DNA of 64,000 bases from Isurus oxyrinchus. Its lineage: Eukaryota. The notes beneath the pieces were generated by a model. It saw only the letters and a program-made list of their open reading frames with translations, was not told where the DNA came from and did no database searches. Below, in pieces: positions 12,270 to 26,395 of the stretch. The position numbers and the translations under genes were made by a program. The first letter of the stretch is position 1; every line of letters starts with the position of its first letter. The DNA is taken from assembly GCA_026770705.1 (NCBI GenBank), contig JANJGN010000011.1, positions 73,656,001 to 73,720,000 of the forward strand. Reading direction: 5' to 3'.

Positions 12270-14159
12270 AGAAAAAATTCATTCTGTGTACGTCCAAAGC
12301 CAGGAAAAAGAACTGAAGTGTCCACAATTGTGGTGTCTTTAGAAAAAATTGGAGGATCACTTAGCCAAAAGCTAATGAAAGAATCCCCATGTAATTTGTA
12401 CCTTGAAGAATAGCTGAAATACTAAGGAGAATTGAAGTAAATTCTGGAGGGCTGTGATATACTTTTTGGCTTGGTCCCAGGGAAGGTGAATGAACCAAAG
12501 TAAAAAGTAAAATTGAGTTTATAACAAGTTTTTATAAGCTACAGTGTTAAGTTAGTGGAGCTTACTTTGTTTAATTTCTCTTTACATATACAATAAAGTT
12601 TGTTTTTGTTAAAAACGTGAAATGTTATGGTGCAGTTGTCGATGAATTGCTGGATGTTTGGATTTCTTCTTTAAATGTTAATGATCCCTAACAGGACTTA
12701 ATCTACACTGGAGTAATTCTTCCATTGGATAACAGACGACTTTTCTCCCTGATTTATCTCTGAATCCCCTCTATTAGACACCAAATATGGTTTCAGCTCC
12801 CTCTTTAATACAGTAATGCTTCCTGCTGATTTCTCCCTTTGTGTGACATAGATTGAGGAAATGCAACGAGGAAACAAGGCTCCACTGCACTTTGATCAAC
12901 TGTCAGTAGTAACCTAATCTCACCTGCACTCAATGCACCACAGGCTCTGATGTGCTATGAAAAGAGTTGGCCATTGATTAAATTTGTTCGGGAATATTAA
13001 AACAAGGCCATGCCACCTACTCATTAAACACTGCAGGTAAGATAGGTGCTCAGCTAATAAAACCTGTCTAAAGAGTATAGAGTCAGAAGAATATAGTGAG
13101 CCCGAGTATGTTCTAGAAGTGTCACTTATCCACTCTTCGCTCTGAATAATTAATGATACAGTAACAGTAAATGGAGAGCAGATAAACATCAGCTTATATA
13201 CTTATCCCCTAGAGGACTGCTGGTTAACTAGATTTTGCTGTCATGTGGAATCTTATATTATCTCACTTCAGATGCTGTACAATAAATTTTCTCTTAGCAT
13301 AATGGCCTAGTTTACTAATGAAGCCTTTCTGCTTATCGTTAACAGCAGACACAGATGGAAAAATGTCCTCTACAGATTGGAAACATAATATAAAAATTAA
13401 ACAGAAAGTCCAATAGGAATGGGCAGTAATCATTTGGAAGATCAATGTGGTTCCCATAACCCACTGAGCCTGAAGCTTGGATGATAATGTAGGATTTAAT
13501 AAAAAGTGCTTAGTATTGAAGAAATCACAGTGACTGAGATCACACTGTTATTAATAAACATGACTGTTACTTAATCTACACTGCTTTAAATTGGTCTGAT
13601 TGCCAATTGCCTTATATTGGTAAATATGGCTGGCCGGGAAGTTCCAGGTGTCAGCTCTGCTTGCCTGTGTCGTTTCACAGAAGAATATTGTTATCTTGGA
13701 TTTACCAGTTAAGCAATGGGCATATTTCAGGAAGTTTATAACAGGCTCAAAAAGGCAGGCCAGCTGACCCAGCAGTTAAAGCCAATTGCTCAGTCAATGG
13801 ACTGATTTTTCTGTCTCAAACATATCATATGCACAGACATAGGATAAAGGGATGCAGATCTGAAATGCCTGCTCTCTTTCTCTATCACACATTTTGCGTG
13901 GCCAAACAGGTGGATCAAGAAGCTCCTCTTGGAACAAGCATGAACTTGCAGATTAAATGCAAGTAACATGAGATTGTTGTAAATGCATCTCCAATGTCAT
14001 TTTCTGACCTTTATATCATTTCGCCTCACTGTTCATTATAACCAGGGCTGCTTGCACAAGAGATAGCGAGAAGTAAACTTAATTGGTAGAAATAAAATTC
14101 ATGCACAGTTCTGATTAGTTTTTCATATTTTTTTAACGTTCCTAAAATTTAGCAGGTTG

Positions 14160-14465
14160 AAAGCACAGTTGAGAAAACAACTGGGATCCTGGGCTTCATA
14201 AAGAGAGGTACAGAGTACAAAAGCAAGGAAGATATAATGAAAGTGTATAAAAACTTGGTTCAGCCTCAACAAGGTATTATGTTCAATTCTGGGCATCACA
14301 CTTTCGGAAGGACATGAAGGCTCTAGACAGCCTGCAGAAAGGATTTATAAAGATACTCCCAGGGATGAGACACTCTAGTTATGTGGTGCAGTTCTCTTTA
14401 GAGGAGAGAGGGTTAAGAGGAGATTTGATAGTTGTGTTCAAAATTATGAGGAGTCTGGAGAGAGG
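14160..14465 (+). mobile_element. Old CR1 RT C-terminal fragment
   Basis: Reads ..YKNLVQPQ..QFWASHFRKDMKALDSLQKGFIKILPGMR..FSLEERGLRGDLIVVFKIM. Confidence 0.8.
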
Positions 14466-14685
14466 AGGTAATCACATTGAAATATTCTCATACAAGAAAC
14501 CAGGAACTTAAACATACTTAATATCCTTACTTTGAATTTAAAGTTTCAGATAGTGGAATAAACGGTGATAAGATAAAAGCTAAAATAAAGATAAACTTTG
14601 AAAAAAAGCATCTTTTTGAAAATGTGATTTTTAAAATCATTACAGAGAAGCTTTGCAGTAGGGGTGTTTAATTCCGTCAGAAGGA

Positions 14686-16008
14686 AAATGTTAGAAGCTA
14701 TTATTAAAGACGTTATAGCAGGGCACTTGGAAAAATTCAGGGTTATCAGGCAGAGTTAACATGGTTTGTGAAAGGCAAATCATGCTTACCAATTTATTGG
14801 AGTTCTTTGAGGAAGTAACATGTGCTGTGGATAAAGGGGAACTGGTGGATGTACTGTACTTAGATTTCCAGAAGGCATTTGATGAAGTGTTACATCAATA
14901 GTTTTGCAGAAAATAAAAGCTCATGGTTTAGGGAGTAACTTATTGGCATGGATAGAAGATTGGCTGGCTAACAGGAGGCAGACAGTAGGCATAAATGGGT
15001 CTTTTTCAGGTTGGTAATATGTAATGAGTGGCATGCCACAGGGATCAGTGCTGGGACTGCAACTTTTTATAAATTATATAAATGACTTGGATGAAGGAAT
15101 GGTTTCCGAATTTGCTGATGACACAAAGATAGGTAGGAATGTAAGTTGTGAGGAGGACATAAGGAGGCTACAAATAGATATAGATAGGTTACGTGAATGG
15201 GCAAAGATCTGGCAAATGGAGTGTACTGTGGGAAAATGTGAAACTATCCATTTTAGAAGGTAGGATAAAAGAAGCATATTATCTAAATGGTGAGAGATTG
15301 CAGAGCTCTGAGGTTCAGAGGGACCTAGGGGTCCTGCTGTATGAATCGCAAAAGGTTAGTATGCAGATGCAGCAAATATTAGGAAAACTATTAGTATGTT
15401 ATCGTTTATTGCAAGGGGAATTGAATACAAAAATAGGGAGGTTACGCTTCAGTTATACAGGGCATTGCTGAGACCACATCTGGAGCACTGTGTACAGTAT
15501 TGGTCTCCTTATTTAAGGAAGGCTGTAAATACATTGGAAGCAGTTCGGATTGTCTAATGCGGAAAGATTGGACAGGCTAGGCTTGCATCCACTGGAATTT
15601 AAGAAGAGTAAGAGGTAGCTTGACTGAAACATTAGATCCTGAGGGATCTTGATAGGGTCGAAGTGGAGAGGATGTGGAGACAATGTTTCCTCTGATGAGA
15701 GAATCAAGAACAAGGGGCCAATATCTAAAAATAAGAGGTTGCCTATTTAGAGTAGAGATGAGGAGAATTTTTTTCTCAGAGGGTTGCAAGTCTTTGGAAT
15801 TCTTCCTCAAAGACAGTGGAACCAGAGTCTGAATATTTTTAAGGCAGAGCTAGGTAGATTCTTGATAAGCAAGGGGGTGACAGGTTATCAGGGTTAGGCG
15901 GGAATGTGGAGTTGAGGTTACAATCAGTTCAGCCATGATCTGATTGAATGGAGGATCAGGCTCGAGGGGCCGAATGGCCTACTCCTGCTCCCAATTTGTA
16001 TGTTTATT
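14686..16008 (+). mobile_element. CR1 LINE, 5'-truncated (RT to 3' UTR)
   Basis: Contains YLDFQKAFD, SGMPQGSVLGLQLFINYINDLD and FADDTKIG, and the tail ggccgaatggcctactcctgctcc. Confidence 0.93.
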
Positions 16009-16032
16009 TCTCTTTCTGTGTTGTAAATTCTA

Positions 16033-16620
16033 TGGGCTGAATTTTCAGCCCCTGCTTGGGCTGTGATTGGAGCTGGATGGGGCCAAAAAATAGCTTTGTT
16101 GACTGGCGTGCTGTTTCATCCTGACTCCAGACAATTTTACTGGAGACAGGATCAGGGTTGGCAGGGCTACCCACCCACATGTGATGCGAAGCTGATCAGG
16201 CTCAATAAGGGCATTTAAATAAGGCTGACTGGATTTTTCTGGTTACCTTCTAGTTTCCCACAGCAACCATGGGAGGCCAGTTTAGATACCTGGCGGACAT
16301 CCAACAGCAATCTTTGCTGGGGGTGGGGGGGGTGGGTGATGCAGTGCTTCAGGCAAGCCTGGAAGCCCTCCCTGCCTGTCTGGTTGAGAGATCAGCAAAG
16401 GTCACCCTTTAGAGGGGATTTCACCCAATACACCTCTTCTCCACGGCCCCAACCTTCCCATACTGCCAACCTGGCTGCTGAATCTATTGTTTTTTAGTTA
16501 AAGATTTTGAAGGGTTGAGAAAAGGGTGCCTGCATGTTGAAGTACCCTCTCTCTTACTTACCTTCCAATGCAGCCTCTAATTGGCCCTCCAGTGTCAAGA
16601 GCCTAACCAGCTATCCCAGT
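16033..16620. mobile_element. Harbinger-like non-autonomous element, truncated
   Basis: Starts gggctgaattttc. The interior is related to 26396-27059 (ccctct..cttacttacc, attggccctcca). Confidence 0.45.
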
Positions 16621-16624
16621 AGAG

Positions 16625-17620
16625 ATGATGGCATAGTGGTATTGTCACTGGCCCAAGCTAATGCCCAAGGGGCACAGGTTCAAATTGCACCATGACAAAT
16701 TCAATTAATAAATACATTAAATTAACTAATGAAAAAAATTTAGAATTGAAAGTTAGTCTGTAATTATGCCATGAAACTATAATCGATTATTGAAAAATAT
16801 CCCATCTGGTTCATTAATGTCCTTCAGAGAAAGTAATTTGCCATCCTTACCTGGTCTGGCCTACATGCGACCTTAGACCCACACAATGCGGTTGGCTTTT
16901 AACTGCCCTCTGAAATGGCTTAGCAAGCCTCTCAGTTGTAGCAAACTGCTACAGAAAAGTCAAGAAGGAACAAAACCGGATGGATCCACTGGCATCGTCT
17001 TGGGCACTGGAAACGACAATGGCATAATGTGCTCCTTTCTAACATCTGGAGGCTTGTGCCAAAATTGGGAGAACTGTCCCACAGGCTAGTCAAGCAACAG
17101 ACTGACATAGTCATACTCATCAAATCATACCTACACCCAGTCCCAGAAGCCATCACCAACCCTCGCATACTCAGCAGCAGCAATGGTATACAGTTGTGAA
17201 GAACTTGGCCTGGGAGTCCTCGACATTAACTCCAGACCCCATGGTCTCATGGTATCAGATCAATCAAGGGCAAGGAAACCTCCTGCTTATTACCACCTAC
17301 TGCCCTCAGTTAGCTGATGAATCAGTACTTCTCTATGTTGAAGATCACTTGGAGGAAGCAGTGATAGTGACAAGGGCTCAGAATGTACCTGGGCAGAGAA
17401 CTTCAAGATCCACCACCAAGGGTGGCTTAGTAGTAGGACTACTAACCTGTTGTAAATGCATCTGTCCATGACAATATAGATAGGAGTGACCACGGAACAG
17501 TCCTTGTGAAAATGAAGTTCCATGTTCACACTGAACACACCCTCCATTGTTGTGTGGCACTACCACTGTGCTAAATGTGATCAATTCAGAACAGGCCTAG
17601 CAACTCAAAACTGGGCCACG
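16625..17620 (+). mobile_element. LINE 5' end: tRNA-like head followed by a degenerate APE endonuclease
   Basis: A box TGGCATAGTGG and B-box-like GGTTCAAAT, then FLTSGGL/NIWRLVPKLGELSHRLVKQQTDIVIL, VSWYQINQGQGNLLLITTYCP and VWHYHCAKCDQFRTGLATQNW. Confidence 0.65.
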
Positions 17621-17764
17621 AAACTGGAGTGTCTCACCCCTGGGACTATCCTTATAAATCTTTTCTGCAGGCTTTCTAAAGCCTTCCCGTCCTTCCTAAA
17701 GTGTGATGCCCAGAATTGGACATAATACCCAGTTGAGGTTGAACCAGCTTTTTATACACCTTCA
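17621..17764 (-). mobile_element. CR1 fragment abutting the truncated Gypsy 5' LTR
   Basis: The reverse complement closely matches 14240-14380. Confidence 0.7.
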
Positions 17765-17765
17765 C

Positions 17766-20700
17766 CTAGGAGAGAGCTCTTCTTTAGTTATAGAGTTTGA
17801 TGCACACATGTAGTTGCTGCTGCTGTCTTGTAAATAAATTTAAATGTGTCTACCAAGAAAAGTTGCCTGGAAAATCACCTCTGTAACAAACTGGCGATGA
17901 GGATAAATCAGAACCGGTACTGTCCCTCACCCAGCGATTTTGAGTACCTAAGATAATTAAAAAGAAAGGAAGATATACTCATCTGTTTGGCAGAATTGAT
18001 CCATCTGAGCCAGCCACAGATGACTAGTCTCAATATATAGAATGTCTTGCCTTTCAACTTTCAAGCCAACAAAATCATGGGGGAAGAAAAGAGGAGTGAT
18101 ACTCCTGAGTATTTGTGGGAGCAAGACCTATAGTTTAATTTGAAGCTTGATGGCCCCCGAGTGCCCCAGATTCTAAGACTTTCAGTGAATTAGTAGACCT
18201 TGTTGAGCAACAATTTCAATCCAAGCCTTCAGTCACAATGCAGAGGTTCAGGTTCAATTCACGGGATAAAGCCCTGGGAGAGACCATTGCTACTTATGTG
18301 GTGAAATTAAAACAACTAATGGAATATCCGGTGAAACCCTGAATGATATGCTCAGGGATCGTTTGGTCTGTGGTGTGCAAGAGGATTGCTGGCTGAAGTA
18401 GATTTGATTTTAAGAAAGCGTCAGAAATAGCACTTACGAGGGAAAGCACCAAGGGATTCACAAACAATTCAAGGACTGCAAAATAGCACAGTTCTCCTAG
18501 TTGGGGGTAACAGTTAGTTGAAAGTGGTGTGAAAAGCCAGGACTCTGCTGTGAAGTGGGATACAGACCCCGCTAACCAAAAATTGAGAGGAAACAGCTTA
18601 GCAGCAAAGTCGAAAACTAATTTTTATTGACATGGAAACAATCATGCTGCTAACGATTGGTAATTTAAAAAGGTGGAGCGTATTTTTGTCACAGAAGTGG
18701 ATACCTATGGAAATGTTGCAAAGTGAGATTTAAAAAGGCTTCCAGGCAACAATCGAAGTCCAATGAAGTATATAGTGTAGAAGAGCCAGAAACAAGCAAT
18801 TCTGACATTTATTCATTATTCAACATGAAAGTTGGGAAGGCAGGGCCAATTATTGTCACAGTGGAAGTGAACGGTAAACCATTAAAAATGGAAGTAGGCA
18901 CAGGTGCTTCTACCACTGAACTAGGAGAACACACTTTCAGATATTTAAATAAAGGTGATCAACAATAAAATTTGGAACAAACATCTGCCAAGTTGAAAAC
19001 ATACCTTTTAATTGGATTTTTTCGCCTGTGTATCACCAGAGTATCTGTTCATTATAGACATCAATCGGCACAACTACCAGTGATGGTATTAGAAGGTAGA
19101 GGACCAAATTTTCTAGGTCGAAATTGGCTGAGAGAAAATAACCTTGATTGGCCAGTGAGATTTCCAAAAGAAGCAAGAGTGTGCCCGAAGGAGGAAATTT
19201 GCACTTTTCAGGCAAATAAATTCATTTATGTATGCCACCGGGTAGATGCCCAAGGGTTACACCCTGTTGACGAGAAGGTTAAAACAATCAGAGAGGCACC
19301 TGCACCTAAGAACGCTCTGAACCTAAATCATTTTAAGGGATGGTTGTTATTATGGCCAATTTTTACCAAATTTATCAACAGTTCTAGCCCCTCTACATTC
19401 AATGCTAAAGAATAACCAGCATTGGGTTTGGGAGTCATCCCAAGAAGAAGCTGTCATTAAAGTAAAATAGCTCTTGCACTCTTCAAATTTGCTAGTGCAT
19501 TATGACCTGGCAAAGGAATTGGTACTCACTTGCAATCCCCCTATGGGGTGGGAGCAGTACTATCTCACAAGATGGATGACTGCAGAGAGAGGCCGATAAG
19601 CTACGTATCCAGGACACTTACCGCAGCTGAAAAAGGATATTCTCAGATCGAAAAGGAAGATCTATCGCTTATTTTTGTTGTAACAAAATTCCACCAATGC
19701 GTGCATAGGCGACATTTCAGAAAAGTATCAGACCACAAACCACTTTTGGGTCTGTTTAGCAAGGAAAAGGCTATACCTCCCATAGCTTCTGCATAAATAC
19801 AAAGATGGGCCCTAATTTTGGCAGCATATGCATACACCTTTGTACATAGACCAGTGATTTATATAGCAAATGCTGATGCCCGAAGTTGCCTTCCTTTGCA
19901 AGAGAACAGTGAGTGATGAATTTCCTAGATTCCTCACCAGTCTGTGCCAGGCTGATAAGAAACTGGATGAGTCATGATCCAGTCCTGCCTTGAGTGAGAG
20001 ACCAAGTGTTACATGGTTGGTTCCTGGAACCAGTCTCTGATGAATTGAAGCCATTTTTCAACCAAAAACACGAGATGAGCGGTCAAGATGATATTCTATT
20101 ATGGGGTACACAAGTAGTAGTTCCTTCACAAGGAAGGGAACCACTCTTAGTAGAGCTACGCAATGCCCTTCCAAGGATCTCATGAATGAAAACGATAGCG
20201 TGAAGTTATCTTTGGTGGCTGGGGATGGACAGCGATATTGAAAAGGTGGTAAATCGCTGTGTGCAATGTCACCAGCTACAAAAGTAGTCGGTGGCAGCCC
20301 CATTACACCCATGGGAGTGGCCTGGTGGACCTTGGGTGAGATTACACACAGATCACATTGGTCCTTCTCTTGGAACCATGTTTCTACTGCGTATAGATGC
20401 TCATTCCAAGTGGTTAGATTCTTATGAGGTAAAGTCACCAATGTCAGGCGCTGCTATGAAAAAACTATGCCAAAGCTTCGTCATTGATGGATTGCTGGGG
20501 GTAATTGTCTCAGATAACGGCACTGCATTTACGAGTGCTGAGTTTCAACAATTTGTCAGGATCAATGGTATCAGCGTACCATCCATCGTCTAACGGACTG
20601 TCGGAAAGAGCAGTACAAACTTTTAAAGATGGGAACAAAAAAGTTAACAGGTAAATCATTGGAAACTAAGCTTGCTTTTTTCCTATTTCACTAGAGAACA

Positions 20701-21532
20701 ACCCCCAACACTACAACAGGAGCACCACCTGCAGAATTACTGTTGAGGCACCATCTTCGAACAAGACTAAGCCTGATACTTCCCAATTTGGAGTGGAAGG
20801 TGGAGAAAAGTAAAGTGAACCAAAAAGTGACTCATGATTTGCATAAGTAAGGAATTTCAGCGGAGGACTAGTAAAGTAAGCTCTGTGAGCGGACCATTGT
20901 CATACCAGGATGGAAGTGAAGGGTTGGGTCATCCATAAGCATGTGGATCATTTAAGAAAAGGGGAGATACTCCAACAAAATGATGTTCTTCTTGTAACCA
21001 CTGATGAACCTGTGGTTCCTGTTGAAGTTGCTCAGCCAAGGATAGACATGCCTGATGTCTCTGTTGGAGTGGATGACACTTAACTGCATGTGCCTAATGA
21101 AGTACCTAATGTTAATGTGGTTCCAGAAACTGTGTTTCCTGCAAAGGAATCTGAAGTCGTGGAGCTATGATGGTCTACATGGATCAGGAAACCACCTGAA
21201 AGACTGAGCTTATAATTTGATGACATGTGTAAATATGGTAATGTCAAGACATAAATATGCTTGTAAATACAAAATGTACAGAAAAGTTAAAGGGGGAGGA
21301 ATGTAGTAATTATAGTTTTGATAAACGTAGGATGGTAGCTTTAAGAATAATCCTGTGTTGTAAGATCACATGATCTGTATAAACCAATGAGTTAGCAGTG
21401 TGGGGGCCTCTAGGAGAGAGTTGTTCTTTAGTTATAGCATTTGATGCAAACATGTAGTTGCTGCTGCTGTCTTGTAAATAAAGTGAAATATGTTCACCAA
21501 GAAAAGTTGCCTGGAAAATCAACTCTATAACA
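17766..21532 (+). mobile_element. Degenerate Ty3/Gypsy LTR retrotransposon copy 1 (gag, protease, RT core deleted, RNase H, integrase)
   Basis: Truncated 5' LTR to 17888 and PBS TGGCGATGAGGAT (17892-17904, tRNA-Ser(GCT)-like). Protease PLKMEVGTGAS, RNase H SPYGVGAVLSH..YSQIEKE..SDHKPL, integrase WVRLHTDHIGP..IDAHSKW..VSDNGTAF. PPT aaagggggaggaa, then the 3' LTR 21302-21532 (TGT...ACA). Confidence 0.93.
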
Positions 21533-22214
21533 CACTGCTTCCCAAGTCTGACTTCTATCCTAATGAACCATTTCAAACATTTTCAGTTTTTCACAGTTTA
21601 TTGCATTCGTTATCTGTGAGCTGTCCCACTCTCTTCATAGTATAATCTTAGCTGAACATCAGGAGCTTTTCATCTTTCTACATAGTTTAATAGATGGAAC
21701 AGAATTGTACCCAAGTACTTCAAATTACATTATGAAAAACCTGAGACTCCCCATTGACTTTGACACGGTGAATTTTGGGATAGGCCCAAACAGAAATCCT
21801 TCTTTCTGCTCACACAGAACCACAGATGACACACATCATGAAAAGTGTTCACCTTCAAAAAAATCTGCCAGCAAAAACAAACAGAGCTGCCTGGAGAACC
21901 TGCCAACAGAACAGCTGGTCTGCCACTTAGGTATCAGGAGAGACGTGCTGCTGGCTCTGGGAGCAGGAATATTCAGGGTTGCTGCTTGAGAATCACCCCT
22001 CTTAGATATCACTTTACCAATATTCTGCTGCTGATGGTCACCACTGATACTGGGACCAAAATGAGGTTTTGTCAGTCAAAGCAGCTGTGTTCTCATGAAT
22101 TTTTTCTGAAATGTGATTGGTCAATACATAACCAGTCAGTGAAAAAAACCTAAGGCTTTAGATAATGATTTTATTTCATTCTTGAGTGCTAGTTCCAAAC
22201 GTCTCCAGCAAACA

Positions 22215-22300
22215 GCCTTGTTCTGAAGTCTCAAGAACAAGATCTTATTCTTCTCTTGGGAACACACAGCCTGAACATTGACTTCATTAACTTCAAGCCC
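22215..22300 (+). mobile_element. Very old Penelope GIY-YIG C-terminal remnant
   Basis: Translates EQDLILLLGTHSLNIDFINF, comparable to EQHLIFRLGTLQPSGLNIEFNNL at 11609-12043. Confidence 0.4.
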
Positions 22301-23555
22301 TGTGGAAAGAATTGGACAATATAGCTGAGGCCTGTAATTGATGTGGGGTAAATCTAGCAGTATTTGAAGGGAGGGGTAAGGGAGAAATCCTTCATCAGAA
22401 CATAATGCTGCAAGGGAGAGGAAGGAGGATGAAGAGTTGCATCCATGGTGATAATCTGTTGTTTTTGGGGTTGATGGACCTATGGTACTTTGCCAGCATT
22501 GTGTATTTTAATTTCAAACCTAATCCACAATCTGTGTGCTCCCTTTTGCTTGTCTTTTCCTGGAATAAATGTCTCACTCCATTATGTATTTACATAATCT
22601 CTTTGCCTTTAACAGTCGAAATTACTGCTACTTTTCATTGCTTTACAGAAATGAACTGTACATCAGCTAATGATCACGCCACCGCTATTTTCTCTGTTAG
22701 AAGTTTGTTTTTCACCTTCGTTTCCTTTAATAAATACACTTGTTCATCTTTTATTTCCTCGTTCTCAAAAAGAAGCTAACCTGAAAAGTAAACTTGTTTG
22801 TTCTCTCTACAGCTGCCGGCTGAGCTTCTGTGGTTTAACTGGAGTAATCTGCTTAACTGATCTATAGATAGTAAAACCAGACAGGTTATCTTGGCTTGAC
22901 GTTATGCGGAATTGTTATATGCTTGCAGTTGGTGTTATGTTTGTGATTCAACTGTAATGCAAGAAAAGAAAGTATCTTAAAAATGTTAAAATAACACACA
23001 GAAGTCATGATTTTGACTCTGGGACGACTGGAGTGCACCATTGAAGAGAACCCTGTGATTTTTGAGAGCCCAGCCTCAATTAACTTTGGCAATCAAGCTG
23101 CAAGGCACAAAACAGGCATCCCAATGCAACCCACTGGACTGAGGATGCAATATGCATTATTGGATGAGATCAGTTTAGTGGTATGAAAGAATATGCAGCA
23201 CCCAAAAGTCCTTGCAATGCTTTGCTGGGACTGCAAGATCTGTCCGAATTTATATTAGAAATTTCCAGAGAATGCAACAAAATATTTAACATTAATTTAG
23301 ATGATACGTTAAAAGTTATGATTTTGGATCAATGACTGAACAAAGAGGTATGTGGGGGGCGTGTGGGGGAAGGATCTTCATGCCATGGAGTTGCTATTAT
23401 ATGCAGAGAAACTCTATAGACAGGGTGAACAATTTCATGAACCCTGGCATGAAAGAGTTATGCGGGTTTATCCAGTTATGGAGGGATTATAAAGTTAAAG
23501 GTATAACTGGCTGCTTCCAAGAGAGTATGTGGTTTTTTTTTAAAAAGATATTTAG

Positions 23556-24612
23556 AGCTGGGTTTTGGCTACCAAGGCGGGTAGCATGAGTTGGGAAATT
23601 TCCTGACTTTCCAGGCCTGTCTCAATAAAGAGCACTCTAAAACATGTGATTTTTGTTCTGATGTGGTAAGGAGGGGTGATGCAGGACAGGAGTTGGACCC
23701 ACCAACTCAGAACAAGTGTTGGTGGCTGCATGGGTAGGCGAGTGCACAGATGGACTGATTAGAAGGCCTGCTACCCCCCACAATGGCCCCTCATACCCTC
23801 TATGCCAACTCATGACCCCACATGACCCCTCATTCACTCCATGCCAACTCACCCAGTATCTGCCATGGACAGACATCATAAACCATGTGAAGATGAAAAA
23901 AAAACTTCTAATAATCTAATACAGATCCAACACCTGCATACTTGAAAGTAAAAAAAAAACTCCCAGTCATAAAACTCATTCAAAGCTTTTAAATCTCAAG
24001 TGGTTCATGTCTTATAAAAAAACAACTTCTATTCAGACTACATCGAAGATGGCTAATCTTTTAATAGACTCTTTAAACTGTAATTATACTGTAAACTCAA
24101 AACCCCCTGTGGGGATTATGTAGCTTCTGTAGCTTGGCCAAGCATTCATAATGACGTAATGAAAGCCCTTGGGGAAATGTCAACAAAGAACTCTATTGAA
24201 ACTACATGACCAAATGTCACTGTTTTTTTATTTCTCTGCAGCGGATGGCTGGTCAATCAAAATAGTACAGCAGGTCTTTTTTATAAACTCTCAGTGACAG
24301 CTGCAGCCTGTTTGTTTTAAAGTTTAAAGAGCAGGCGATTTAAAAAAACTTAAAAGCATGACAGTTATATAGACCTTATCCACCTTTCGAGAGCCTTTAT
24401 GTCTACTCCATCAATTTATGCCAACTACTGTGCGCGTTAAGGCCCTTGGAATAGCTAAAATGGGTTCTGTTTGAACGGCCCTGCTGAGCTCAGCTTTCCG
24501 TCTGGTGTGAATCATGCCCCACCCTATTTCCCCTACCAGCAAAAATAGCATCCGGACCCCCATCATTTTTAAAAGTCTGCGGAGTTGGGAAGGCTCTGTG
24601 AAAGCCCAGCCC
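23556..24612. mobile_element. Harbinger-like non-autonomous element
   Basis: Imperfect termini gagctgggtttt / aaagcccagccc with internal ccatgccaactc-type repeats. Confidence 0.45.
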
Positions 24613-26395
24613 AAACTCTCAACTTTCTCATCCATGAATTCATCCTGGGCTGACATCACTGAATTTTGCAGTTGGTTCATTAATTACACATAGTAAATTG
24701 TTAGCTCAAATTGGGCCTGCTAGCAAGACTGTGTGAGTGGGAGAAGCAAGCAATAGCATACAACTTCAGCCCCAAATGCTGCAGCTGGCATTTAAAAGGC
24801 ATCCAAACCTTTGAGTAACTGTGGCTTCTTTTTGTTTTAGTGTCCCTGGAGCATACAGTTTTTTTTTGCAATATATTTCAGGTGGCTTTTAACCTGTTAA
24901 TCTGAGGTGGTAGTCTCTAAGAATTATTTTAGTTAGTTTATTATCCCAAATCTGCCCCAGATTGCGCAGTAACTGGGAGGAAAACCCATTTAACATAATC
25001 TTATCGTGTCGTGATTAACAATTTTGTGAGAATTTCCTTTGTATATAATTTAAAGCAACTGTTAAACTGTTTTAGGTAAATGAGTAAACAACTGCATTGA
25101 AAAGAGTCTTGAGTAACTTTATGCAAATACATTAACTCACACATAAAAAGGAAATGAAATCCAAAGTTTGGAAAAAAAAATAAACCTATCAATTCAATCT
25201 TCCAACTTTAGTTTCAGAAAACATTTAAAGATAAACCCAAAGGCCTGTGAAGTTATAACATCAAGATATATCAAGATCAACAGTAGCTTTACAGGATATT
25301 TTTAGAATGTCTTTCTGTACCAAAGGCCATTATTGTTCTGCACACCAAAATGTGCATTATAAATGTATCATATTAGTTGATACACAGCCTGATGAGACTT
25401 TGCTCTTTGAAAAATATGATTTTTCCAAAAATAATTTTATTAACAATATTTTAAAAGCAGCAACATTAATTTAACATTATAGGAAATCAAAATTGTGCTC
25501 TCTCATTATGCCTCTTTGAAATAATATACACTGATTAACTAAGAATTCACACACTCCACAGCTCATTACTTCTGGTATTGTTAAAGGAAAACCCAATGAA
25601 GGGCACATAAAACTTTTATTTGGCAGATGGAATCAGCCAGTGCCTTGTGATAAAAGATGACCAAGACTGCCTAGAGCACCAGGAGGTCTGCTACCAGGAG
25701 GCTGCCTCTAGGCAGCTATATGGGTCTGTGGCCACATTCCTACCTTTTATCTTTATAATTAATGAGTAGCTGTGCACCCTAAGGGAATGACTGTCTACTT
25801 TAAACTCTTCTAGTGCTTGCTTGCACAATAGTTAAAAATGCTCTTTCCCTTCTTTCAGCCTTTGAGCTCAAAGTGAGGGATGTTGCTGCTGAGGAATGGG
25901 ACATATTCCTTGATTAGGCATGCAGTATGAGCTGCTGAGTCTTCTACTGTTCCCTTACATACTACCTATGTTTCAAGCTCAAAAGGAATGATAGTAACAT
26001 TTCCATTTCCTACATCAACAATTCTTCCAGCTGCTTGAAGCAAAATTAACATTAATTGGGACCAAACTGATATGAATCCACAAGCACATGGAAATGAGTT
26101 GATTTTGTTCCTTTCCAGTCAGATTTGGACTGAATTCAAATTAGGCCTCAGGGATCATACGATAGGCTACTGCTTCACCCAGTTGCTGGGTACTCAAAAA
26201 TAATGTTGGATGATCTGAAGAAGCTGAATGGCTAATTACCTGGAAGAAAATATTGCCTGAATATATGCTCTCGTACAGTGGACGGCACATTTACATATTT
26301 CACCTCAATTTTATTCTGAGTTCTTCCTGCAGTACTAATCACCTTGGATGCAATGTTTGGTTGTGGTTTGCTTATTAACAGACTTCTGATCAAGA

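Larger units (their letters stand above)
10700..12693 (+). mobile_element. Possible older solo LTR hosting the Penelope insertion; 5' boundary uncertain
   Basis: Has an AATAAA at about 12592, ends gatccctaACA, and shows weak motif similarity to family A LTRs (cacaga..cagtttgagtt). Confidence 0.3.

Noticed and set aside
12920-13189. Possible GAB2 exon 3 (HLSYLQC vaguely like YLYLHQC)
   Set aside because: The surrounding residues do not match. No further GAB2 exon was recognised in the window.
25389-25415. CTGATGA..GAAA hammerhead-like match (also CTGATGA at about 36054)
   Set aside because: Stem II does not abut GAAA and there is no stem I or PLE context.
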